A stretch of DNA of 64,000 nt from Auanema rhodensis. Lineage: Eukaryota; Animalia; Nematoda. Each line of letters begins with the position of its first letter. Positions within the stretch are counted from its first letter, which is position 1. Below the pieces are notes generated by a model. It searched no databases. It worked only from the letters and a program-made list of their open reading frames with translations, and was not told the DNA's origin. Location: positions 19,220,001 through 19,284,000 of the forward strand of contig OZ059897.1 of assembly GCA_964057225.1 (NCBI GenBank), read 5' to 3'. Positions 1 to 11,700 of the stretch are shown piece by piece. Position numbers and translations under genes: made by a program.

Positions 1-126
1 AAAAAGTAGATGTTTTTAGATTTCATTTTTCAAGGCAAAGACGATGGACAATGTTATTCAACGAAAAAATTAATTCTTCAGGGTGAAAATCGAGGATATA
101 AGTGTGAACTTATAAAAGTTGATATC

Positions 127-193
127 TCGGTGCATTTTTAAGCTAGCGCAAATCTGATAACACAGATCGACGCAGCTTAAAAATCCGCATCGA
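127..193. other. ~67-nt inverted repeat present in every monomer (example copy)
   Basis: ATTTTTAAGCT (134-144) / AGCTTAAAAAT (174-184) is perfect. Inner pairs GCG/CGC and ATCTG/CAGAT; outer pair TCGGTGC/GCATCGA. Confidence 0.9.
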
Positions 194-299
194 ATGCACT
201 ATACTACATTAAGAAACGCTTGATACAAAAATTAGTTATGATCGTTTGAAAAATGATGCATTAGTGTATATTGAGTTTCCATGTACACTCAACATTGCT

Positions 300-371
300 T
301 CCAAAAACATTTTGACAAAAATTTTTTCGAAAAATTTCAAAATAATTTAGCAAAAAGTAGATGTTTTTAGA
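300..371. other. Nested dyad symmetry centred on TTTTTCGAAAAA (example copy)
   Basis: Perfect 12-bp palindrome at 323-334. Outer arms ATTTTG/CAAAAT (309-314 / 338-343), or TCCAAAAACAT/ATGTTTTTAGA (300-310 / 361-371, 1 mismatch). Confidence 0.8.
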
Positions 372-619
372 TTCCTTTTTTCAAGGCAAAGACGATGGAC
401 AATGTTATTCAACGAAAAAAATTAATTCTTCAGGGTGAAAATCGGGTATATATGTGTGTACTTATATCAGTTGATATCTCGGTGCATTTTTAAGCTAGCG
501 CAAATCTGATAACACAGATCGACGCAGCTTAAAAATCCGCATCGAATGCACTATACTACATTGAGAAACACTTGATACAAAAATTAGTTATGATCGTTTG
601 AAAAATGATGCATTAGTGT

Positions 620-647
620 ATGTTGAGTTTCCATGTACACTCAACAT
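620..647. other. 9-bp inverted repeat with 10-nt loop, monomer offsets 268-295 (example copy)
   Basis: ATGTTGAGT-TTCCATGTAC-ACTCAACAT. Confidence 0.9.
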
Positions 648-2553
648 TGCTTCCAAAAACATTTTGACAAAAATTTTTTCGAAAAATTTCAAAATAATTT
701 AGCAAAAAGTAGATGTTTTTAGATTCCTTTTTTCAAGGCAAAGACGATGGACAATGTTATTCAACGAAAAAAATTAATTCTTCAGGGTGAAAATCGGGTA
801 TATATGTGTGTACTTATATCAGTTGATATCTCGGTGCATTTTTAAGCTAGCGCAAATCTGATAACACAGATCGACGCAGCTTAAAAATCCGCATCGAATG
901 CACTATACTACATTGAGAAACACTTGATACAAAAATTAGTTATGATCGTTTGAAAAATGATGCATTAGTGTATGTTGAGTTTCCATGTACACTCAACATT
1001 GCTTCCAAAAACATTTTGACAAAAATTTTTTCGAAAAATTTCAAAATAATTTAGCAAAAAGTAGATGTTTTTAGATTCCTTTTTTCAAGGCAAAGACGAT
1101 GGACAATGTTATTCAACGAAAAAATTAATTCTTCAGGGTGAAAATCGAGGATATAAGTGTGAACTTATAAAAGTTGATATCTCGGTGCATTTTTAAGCTA
1201 GCGCAAATCTGATAACACAGATCGACGCAGCTTAAAAATCCGCATCAAATGCACTATACTACATTAAGAAACGCTTGATACAAAAATTAGTTCTGATGGT
1301 TTGAAAAATGATGCATTAGTGTATGTTGAGTTTCCATGTACACTCAACATTGCTTCCAAAAACATTTTGACAAAAATTTTTTCGAAAAATTTCAGAATAA
1401 TTTAGCAAAAAGTAGATGTTTTTAGATTCCATTTTTCAAGGCAAAGACGATGGACAATGTTATTCAACGAAAAAATTAATTCTTCAGGGTGAAAATCGAG
1501 GATATAAGTGTGAACTTATATCAGTTGATATCTCGGTGCATTTTTAAGCTAGCGCAAATCTGATAACACAGATCGACGCAGCTTGAAAATCCGGATCGAA
1601 TGCACTATACTACATTGAAGAACGCTTAATACAAAAATTAGTTATGATCGTTTGAAAAATGATGCATTAGTGTATGTTGAGTTTCCATGTACACTCAACA
1701 TTGCTTCCAAAAACATTTTGACAAAAATTTTTTCGAAAAATTTCAAAATAATTTAGCAAAAAGTAGATGTTTTTAGATTCCTTTTTTCAAGGCAAAGACG
1801 ATGGACAATGTTATTCAACGAAAAAATTAATTCTTCAGGGTGAAAATCGAGGATATAAGTGTGAACTTATATCAGTTGATATCTCGGTGCATTTTTAAGC
1901 TAGCGCAAATCTGATAACACAGATCGACGCAACTTAAAAATCCGGATCGAATGCACTATACTACATTAAGAAACGCTTGATACAAAAATTAGTTATGATC
2001 GTTTGAAAAATGATGCATTAGTGTATGTTGAGTTTCCATGTACACTCAACATTGCTTCCAAAAACATTTTGACAAAAATTTTTTCGAAAAATTTCAAAAT
2101 AATTTAGCAAAAAGTAGAAGTTTTTAGATTCCTTTTTTCAAGGCAAAGACGATGGACAATGTTATTCAACGAAAAAATTAATTCTTCAGGGTGAAAATCG
2201 AGGATATAAGTGTGAACTTATATCAGTTGATATCTCGGTGCATTTTTAAGCTAGCGCAAATCTGATAACACAGATCGACGCAGCTTAAAAATCCGGATCG
2301 AATGCACTATACTACATTAAGAAACGCTTGATACAAAAATTAGTTATGATCGTTTGAAAAATGATGCATTAGTGTATGTTGAGTTTCCATGTACACTCAA
2401 CATTGCTTCCAAAAACATTTTGACAAAAATTTTTTCGAAAAATTTCAAAATAATTTAGCAAAAAGTAGATGTTTTTAGATTCCTTTTTTCAAGGCAAAGA
2501 CGATGGACAATGTTATTCAACGAAAAAATTAATTCTTCAGGGTGAAAATCGAG

Positions 2554-2575
2554 GATATAAGTGTGAACTTATATC
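2554..2575. other. 9-bp inverted repeat with 4-nt loop, monomer offsets 95-116 (example copy)
   Basis: GATATAAGT-GTGA-ACTTATATC; the loop reads GTAA in many copies (e.g. 12034-12055). Confidence 0.9.
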
Positions 2576-4059
2576 AGTTGATATCTCGGTGCATTTTTAA
2601 GCTAGCGCAAATCTGATAACACAGATCGACGCAGCTTAAAAATCCGCATCGAATGCACTATACTACATTGAGAAACGCTTAATACGAAAATTAGTTATGA
2701 TCGTTTGAAAAATGATGCATTAGTGTATGTTGAGTTTCCATGTACACTCAACATTGCTTCCAAAAACATTTTGACAAAAATTTTTTCGAAAAATTTCAAA
2801 ATAATTTAGCAAAAAGTAGATGTTTTTAGATTTCATTTTTCAAGGCAAAGACGATGGACAATGTTATTCAACGAAAAAATTAATTCTTCAGGGTGAAAAT
2901 CGAGGATATAAGTGTGAACTTATAAAAGTTGATATCTCGGTGCATTTTTAAGCTAGCGCAAATCTGATAACACAGATCGACGCAGCTTAAAAATCCGCAT
3001 CGAATGCACTATACTACATTGAGAAACGCTTAATACAAAAATTAGTTATGATCGTTTGAAAAATGATGCATTAGTGTATGTTGAGTTTCCATGTACACTC
3101 AACATTGCTTCCAAAAACATTTTGACAAAAATTTTTTCGAAAAATTTCAAAATAATTTAGCAAAAAGTAGATGTTTTTAGATTTCATTTTTCAAGGCAAA
3201 GACGATGGACAATGTTATTCAACGAAAAAATTAATTCTTCAGGGTGAAAATCGAGGATATAAGTGTGAACTTATAAAAGTTGATATCTCGGTGCATTTTT
3301 AAGCTAGCGCAAATCTGATAACACAGATCGACGCAGCTTAAAAATCCGCATCGAATGCACTATACTACATTGAGAAACGCTTAATACAAAAATTAGTTAT
3401 GATCGTTTGAAAAATGATGCATTAGTGTATGTTGAGTTTCCATGTACACTCAACATTGCTTCCAAAAACATTTTGACAAAAATTTTTTCGAAAAATTTCA
3501 AAATAATTTAGCAAAAAGTAGATGTTTTTAGATTTCATTTTTCAAGGCAAAGACGATGGACAATGTTATTCAACGAAAAAATTAATTCTTCAGGGTGAAA
3601 ATCGAGGATATAAGTGTGAACTTATAAAAGTTGATATCTCGGTGCATTTTTAAGCTAGCGCAAATCTGATAACACAGATCGACGCAGCTTAAAAATCCGC
3701 ATCGAATGCACTATACTACATTAAGAAACGCTTGATACAAAAATTAGTTATGATCGTTTGAAAAATGATGCATTAGTGTATGTTGAGTTTCCATTTACAC
3801 TCAACATTGCTTCCAAAAACATTTTGACAAAAATTTTTTCGAAAAATTTCAAAATAATTCAGCAAAAAGTAGATGTTTTTAGATTCCATTTTTCAAGGCA
3901 AAGACGATGGACAATGTTATTCAACGAAAAAATTAATTCTTCAGGGTGAAAATCGAGGATATAAGTGTGAACTTATAAAAGTTGATATCTCGGTGCATTT
4001 TTAAGCTAGCGCAAATCTGATAACACAGATCGACGCAGCTTAAAAATCCGCATCAAATG

Positions 4060-7000
4060 CACTATACTACATTAAGAAACGCTTGATACAAAAATTAGTT
4101 CTGATGGTTTGAAAAATGATGCATTAGTGTATGTTGAGTTTCCATGTACACTCAACATTGCTTCCAAAAACATTTTGACAAAAATTTTTTCGAAAAATTT
4201 CAGAATAATTTAGCAAAAAGTAGATGTTTTTAGATTCCATTTTTCAAGGCAAAGACGATGGACAATGTTATTCAACGAAAAAATTAATTCTTCAGGGTGA
4301 AAATCGAGGATATAAGTGTGAACTTATAAAAGTTGATATCTCGGTGCATTTTTAAGCTAGCGCAAATCTGATAACACAGATCGACGCAGCTTAAAAATCC
4401 GGATCGAATGCACTATACTACATTGAAGAACGCTTAATACAAAAATTAGTTATGATCGTTTGAAAAATGATGCATTAGTGTATGTTGAGTTTCCATGTAC
4501 ACTCAACATTGCTTCCAAAAACATTTTGACAAAAATTTTTTCGAAAAATTTCAAAATAATTTAGCAAAAAGTAGATGTTTTTAGATTCCATTTTTCAAGG
4601 CAAAGACGATGGACAATGTTATTCAACGAAAAAATTAATTCTTCAGGGTGAAAATCGAGGATATAAGTGTGAACTTATATCAGTTGATATCTCGGTGCAT
4701 TTTTAAGCTAGCGCAAATCTGATAACACAGATCGACGCAGCTTAAAAATCCGGATCGAATGCACTATACTACATTAAGAAACGCTTGATACAAAAATTAG
4801 TTATGATCGTTTGAAAAATGATGCATTAGTGTATGTTGAGTTTCCATGTACACTCAACATTGCTTCCAAAAACATTTTGACAAAAATTTTTTCGAAAAAT
4901 TTCAAAATAATTTAGCAAAAAGTAGAAGTTTTTAGATTCCTTTTTTCAAGGCAAAGACGATGGACAATGTTATTCAACGAAAAAATTAATTCTTCAGGGT
5001 GAAAATCGAGGATATAAGTGTGAACTTATATCAGTTGATATCTCGGTGCATTTTTAAGCTAGCGCAAATCTGATAACACAGATCGACGCAGCTTAAAAAT
5101 CCGGATCGAATGCACTATACTACATTAAGAAACGCTTGATACAAAAATTAGTTATGATCGTTTGAAAAATGATGCATTAGTGTATGTTGAGTTTCCATGT
5201 ACACTCAACATTGCTTCCAAAAACATTTTGACAAAAATTTTTTCGAAAAATTTCAAAATAATTTAGCAAAAAGTAGATGTTTTTAGATTCCTTTTTTCAA
5301 GGCAAAGACGATGGACAATGTTATTCAACGAAAAAATTAATTCTTCAGGGTGAAAATCGAGGATATAAGTGTGAACTTATATCAGTTGATATCTCGGTGC
5401 ATTTTTAAGCTAGCGCAAATCTGATAACACAGATCGACGCAGCTTGAAAATCCGCATCGAATGCACTATACTACATTGAGAAACGCTTAATACGAAAATT
5501 AGTTATGATCGTTTGAAAAATGATGCATTAGTGTATGTTGAGTTTCCATGTACACTCAACATTGCTTCCAAAAACATTTTGACAAAAATTTTTTCGAAAA
5601 ATTTCAAAATAATTTAGCAAAAAGTAGATGTTTTTAGATTTCATTTTTCAAGGCAAAGACGATGGACAATGTTATTCAACGAAAAAATTAATTCTTCAGG
5701 GTGAAAATCGAGGATATAAGTGTGAACTTATAAAAGTTGATATCTCGGTGCATTTTTAAGCTAGCGCAAATCTGATAACACAGATCGACGCAGCTTAAAA
5801 ATCCGCATCGAATGCACTATACTACATTGAGAAACGCTTAATACAAAAATTAGTTATGATCGTTTGAAAAATGATGCATTAGTGTATGTTGAGTTTCCAT
5901 GTACACTCAACATTGCTTCCAAAAACATTTTGACAAAAATTTTTTCGAAAAATTTCAAAATAATTTAGCAAAAAGTAGATGTTTTTAGATTTCATTTTTC
6001 AAGGCAAAGACGATGGACAATGTTATTCAACGAAAAAATTAATTCTTCAGGGTGAAAATCGAGGATATAAGTGTGAACTTATAAAAGTTGATATCTCGGT
6101 GCATTTTTAAGCTAGCGCAAATCTGATAACACAGATCGACGCAGCTTAAAAATCCGCATCGAATGCACTATACTACATTAAGAAACGCTTGATACAAAAA
6201 TTAGTTATGATCGTTTGAAAAATGATGCATTAGTGTATGTTGAGTTTCCATGTACACTCAACATTGCTTCCAAAAACATTTTGACAAAAATTTTTTCGAA
6301 AAATTTCAAAATAATTTAGCAAAAAGTAGATGTTTTTAGATTCCTTTTTTCAAGGCAAAGACGATGGACAATGTTATTCAACGAAAAAAATTAATTCTTC
6401 AGGGTGAAAATCGGGTATATATGTGTGTACTTATATCAGTTGATATCTCGGTGCATTTTTAAGCTAGCGCAAATCTGATAACACAGATCGACGCAGCTTA
6501 AAAATCCGCATCGAATGCACTATACTACATTGAGAAACACTTGATACAAAAATTAGTTATGATCGTTTGAAAAATGATGCATTAGTGTATGTTGAGTTTC
6601 CATGTACACTCAACATTGCTTCCAAAAACATTTTGACAAAAATTTTTTCGAAAAATTTCAAAATAATTCAGCAAAAAGTAGATGTTTTTAGATTCCATTT
6701 TTCAAGGCAAAGACGATGGACAATGTTATTCAACGAAAAAATTAATTCTTCAGGGTGAAAATCGAGGATATAAGTGTGAACTTATAAAAGTTGATATCTC
6801 GGTGCATTTTTAAGCTAGCGCAAATCTGATAACACAGATCGACGCAGCTTAAAAATCCGCATCGAATGCACTATACTACATTGAGAAACGCTTGATACAA
6901 AAATTAGTTATAATCGTTTGAAAAATGATGCATTAGTGTATGTTGAGTTTCCATGTACACTCAACATTGCTTCCAAAAACATTTTGACAAAAATTTTTTC

Positions 7001-8760
7001 GAAAAATTTCAAAATAATTTAGCAAAAAGTAGATGTTTTTAGATTTCATTTTTCAAGGCAAAGACGATGGACAATGTTATTCAACGAAAAAATTAATTCT
7101 TCAGGGTGAAAATCGAGGATATAAGTGTGAACTTATAAAAGTTGATATCTCGGTGCATTTTTAAGCTAGCGCAAATCTGATAACACAGATCGACGCAGCT
7201 TAAAAATCCGCATCGAATGCACTATACTACATTGAGAAACGCTTAATACAAAAATTAGTTATGATCGTTTGAAAAATGATGCATTAGTGTATGTTGAGTT
7301 TCCATGTACACTCAACATTGCTTCCAAAAACATTTTGACAAAAATTTTTTCGAAAAATTTCAAAATAATTTAGCAAAAAGTAGATGTTTTTAGATTCCTT
7401 TTTTCAAGGCAAAGACGATGGACAATGTTATTCAACGAAAAAAATTAATTCTTCAGGGTGAAAATCGGGTATATATGTGTGTACTTATATCAGTTGATAT
7501 CTCGGTGCATTTTTAAGCTAGCGCAAATCTGATAACACAGATCGACGCAGCTTAAAAATCCGCATCGAATGCACTATACTACATTGAGAAACACTTGATA
7601 CAAAAATTAGTTATGATCGTTTGAAAAATGATGCATTAGTGTATGTTGAGTTTCCATTTACACTCAACATTGCTTCCAAAAACATTTTGACAAAAATTTT
7701 TTCGAAAAATTTCAAAATAATTCAGCAAAAAGTAGATGTTTTTAGATTCCATTTTTCAAGGCAAAGACGATGGACAATGTTATTCAACGAAAAAATTAAT
7801 TCTTCAGGGTGAAAATCGAGGATATAAGTGTGAACTTATAAAAGTTGATATCTCGGTGCATTTTTAAGCTAGCGCAAATCTGATAACACAGATCGACGCA
7901 GCTTAAAAATCCGCATCGAATGCACTATACTACATTGAGAAACGCTTGATACAAAAATTAGTTATAATCGTTTGAAAAATGATGCATTAGTGTATGTTGA
8001 GTTTCCATGTACACTCAACATTGCTTCCAAAAACATTTTGACAAAAATTTTTTCGAAAAATTTCAAAATAATTTAGCAAAAAGTAGATGTTTTTAGATTT
8101 CATTTTTCAAGGCAAAGACGATGGACAATGTTATTCAACGAAAAAATTAATTCTTCAGGGTGAAAATCGAGGATATAAGTGTGAACTTATAAAAGTTGAT
8201 ATCTCGGTGCATTTTTAAGCTAGCGCAAATCTGATAACACAGATCGACGCAGCTTAAAAATCCGCATCGAATGCACTATACTACATTAAGAAACGCTTGA
8301 TACAAAAATTAGTTCTGATGGTTTGAAAAATGATGCATTAGTGTATGTTGAGTTTCCATGTACACTCAACATTGCTTCCAAAAACATTTTGACAAAAATT
8401 TTTTCGAAAAATTTCAGAATAATTTAGCAAAAAGTAGATGTTTTTAGATTCCATTTTTCAAGGCAAAGACGATGGACAATGTTATTCAACGAAAAAATTA
8501 ATTCTTCAGGGTGAAAATCGAGGATATAAGTGTGAACTTATATCAGTTGATATCTCGGTGCATTTTTAAGCTAGCGCAAATCTGATAACACAGATCGACG
8601 CAGCTTAAAAATCCGGATCGAATGCACTATACTACATTGAAGAACGCTTAATACAAAAATTAGTTATGATCGTTTGAAAAATGATGCATTAGTGTATGTT
8701 GAGTTTCCATGTACACTCAACATTGCTTCCAAAAACATTTTGACAAAAATTTTTTCGAAA
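4060..8760. repeat. ~13-monomer block, copy 1 (copy 2 lies 9,480 bp downstream)
   Basis: Same ordered series of variant monomers as 13540-18240. ORF starts 6567/16047 and 7621/17101 both differ by 9,480 (27 x 351 + 3). Confidence 0.9.
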
Positions 8761-11700
8761 AATTTCAAAATAATTTAGCAAAAAGTAGAAGTTTTTAGAT
8801 TCCTTTTTCCAAGGCAAAGACGATGGACAATGTTATTCAACGAAAAAATTAATTCTTCAGGGTGAAAATCGAGGATATAAGTGTGAACTTATATCAGTTG
8901 ATATCTCGGTGCATTTTTAAGCTAGCGCAAATCTGATAACACAGATCGACGCAGCTTAAAAATCCGCATCGAATGCACTATACTACATTGAGAAACGCTT
9001 AATACAAAAATTAGTTATGATCGTTTGAAAAATGATGCATTAGTGTATGTTGAGTTTCCATGTACACTCAACATTGCTTCCAAAAACATTTTGACAAAAA
9101 TTTTTTCGAAAAATTTCAGAATAATTTAGCAAAAAGTAGATGTTTTTAGATTCCATTTTTCAAGGCAAAGACGATGGACAATGTTATTCAACGAAAAAAT
9201 TAATTCTTCAGGGTGAAAATCAAGGATATAAGTGTGAACATATATCAGTTGATATCTCGGTGCATTTTTAAGCTAGCGCAAATCTGATAACACAGATCGA
9301 CGCAGCTTAAAAATCCGCATCGAATGCACTATACTACATTAAGAAACGCTTGATACAAAAATTAGTTCTGATGGTTTGAAAAATGATGCATTAGTGTATG
9401 TTGAGTTTCCATGTACACTCAACATTGCTTCCAAAAACATTTTGACAAAAATTTTTTCGAAAAATTTCAGAATAATTTAGCAAAAAGTAGATGTTTTTAG
9501 ATTCCATTTTTCAAGGCAAAGACGATGGACAATGTTATTCAACGAAAAAATTAATTCTTCAGGGTGAAAATCGAGGATATAAGTGTGAACTTATATCAGT
9601 TGATATCTCGGTGCATTTTTAAGCTAGCGCAAATCTGATAACACAGATCGACGCAGCTTAAAAATCCGGATCGAATGCACTATACTACATTGAAGAACGC
9701 TTAATACAAAAATTAGTTATGATCGTTTGAAAAATGATGCATTAGTGTATGTTGAGTTTCCATGTACACTCAACATTGCTTCCAAAAACATTTTGACAAA
9801 AATTTTTTCGAAAAATTTCAAAATAATTTAGCAAAAAGTAGATGTTTTTAGATTCCATTTTTCAAGGCAAAGACGATGGACAATGTTATTCAACGAAAAA
9901 ATTAATTCTTCAGGGTGAAAATCGAGGATATAAGTGTGAACTTATATCAGTTGATATCTCGGTGCATTTTTAAGCTAGCGCAAATCTGATAACACAGATC
10001 GACGCAGCTTAAAAATCCGCATCGAATGCACTATACTACATTGAGAAACGCTTAATACAAAAATTAGTTATGATCGTTTGAAAAATGATGCATTAGTGTA
10101 TGTTGAGTTTTCATGTACACTCAACATTGCTTCCAAAAACATTTTGACAAAAATTTTTTCGAAAAATTTCAAAATAATTTAGCAAAAAGTAGAAGTTTTT
10201 AGATTCCTTTTTCCAAGGCAAAGACGATGGACAATGTTATTCAACGAAAAAATTAATTCTTCAGGGTGAAAATCGAGGATATAAGTGTGAACTTATATCA
10301 GTTGATATCTCGGTGCATTTTTAAGCTAGCGCAAATCTGATAACACAGATCGACGCAGCTTAAAAATCCGCATCGAATGCACTATACTACATTGAGAAAC
10401 GCTTAATACAAAAATTAGTTATGATCGTTTGAAAAATGATGCATTAGTGTATGTTGAGTTTTCATGTACACTCAACATTGCTTCCAAAAACATTTTGACA
10501 AAAATTTTTTCGAAAAATTTCAAAATAATTTAGCAAAAAGTAGAAGTTTTTAGATTCCTTTTTCCAAGGCAAAGACGATGGACAATGTTATTCAACGAAA
10601 AAATTAATTCTTCAGGGTGAAAATCGAGGATATAAGTGTGAACTTATATCAGTTGATATCTCGGTGCATTTTTAAGCTAGCGCAAATCTGATAACACAGA
10701 TCGACGCAGCTTAAAAATCCGCATCGAATGCACTATACTACATTGAGAAACGCTTAATACAAAAATTAGTTATGATCGTTTGAAAAATGATGCATTAGTG
10801 TATGTTGAGTTTCCATGTACACTCAACATTGCTTCCAAAAACATTTTGACAAAAATTTTTTCGAAAAATTTCAGAATAATTTAGCAAAAAGTAGATGTTT
10901 TTAGATTCCATTTTTCAAGGCAAAGACGATGGACAATGTTATTCAACGAAAAAATTAATTCTTCAGGGTGAAAATCAAGGATATAAGTGTGAACTTATAT
11001 CAGTTGATATCTCGGTGCATTTTTAAGCTAGCGCAAATCTGATAACACAGATCGACGCAGCTTAAAAATCCGCATCGAATGCACTATACTACATTAAGAA
11101 ACGCTTGATACAAAAATTAGTTCTGATGGTTTGAAAAATGATGCATTAGTGTATGTTGAGTTTCCATGTACACTCAACATTGCTTCCAAAAACATTTTGA
11201 CAAAAATTTTTTCGAAAAATTTCAGAATAATTTAGCAAAAAGTAGATGTTTTTAGATTCCATTTTTCAAGGCAAAGACGATGGACAATGTTATTCAACGA
11301 AAAAATTAATTCTTCAGGGTGAAAATCGAGGATATAAGTGTGAACTTATATCAGTTGATATCTCGGTGCATTTTTAAGCTAGCGCAAATCTGATAACACA
11401 GATCGACGCAGCTTAAAAATCCGGATCGAATGCACTATACTACATTGAAGAACGCTTAATACAAAAATTAGTTATGATCGTTTGAAAAATGATGCATTAG
11501 TGTATGTTGAGTTTCCATGTACACTCAACATTGCTTCCAAAAACATTTTGACAAAAATTTTTTCGAAAAATTTCAAAATAATTTAGCAAAAAGTAGATGT
11601 TTTTAGATTCCATTTTTCAAGGCAAAGACGATGGACAATGTTATTCAACGAAAAAATTAATTCTTCAGGGTGAAAATCGAGGATATAAGTGTGAACTTAT

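Noticed and set aside
28-217. Hammerhead ribozyme, as known from some animal satellites: CTGAAGA on the - strand (81-75), and CTGATAA (154-160) ... GAAAC (213-217) on the + strand
   Set aside because: I could not build stem II between the CUGANGA-like box and any downstream GAAA, nor stems I and III, on either strand. The + strand box also mismatches the core. An Infernal search with Rfam hammerhead models on a dimer would settle it.
95-295. Rho-independent terminators, promoters or tRNA/5S/snRNA genes suggested by the hairpins
   Set aside because: There is no gene context, no GC-rich stem followed by a U-tract, no cloverleaf or convincing Pol III A/B boxes, and no recognisable RNA gene sequence.
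74-300. Apparently invariant 17-18-bp stretches (74-91, 244-261, 284-300), two containing TGAAAA
   Set aside because: With roughly 80 variable sites in 351 bp, gaps of this length are not clearly beyond chance. A larger alignment is needed before calling conserved boxes.
52-340. CENP-B box-like motifs (TTTCGTTGAA on the - strand near 57-66; TTTCGAAAAA at 325-334)
   Set aside because: Only the TTCG....A half matches; the required CGGG is absent at the right spacing.
1-351. Assignment to a named satellite (e.g. Drosophila 359-bp/1.688, Tribolium TCAST) or a named transposon
   Set aside because: Only length and AT-richness are similar. I cannot recognise sequence homology, and no database search was possible.
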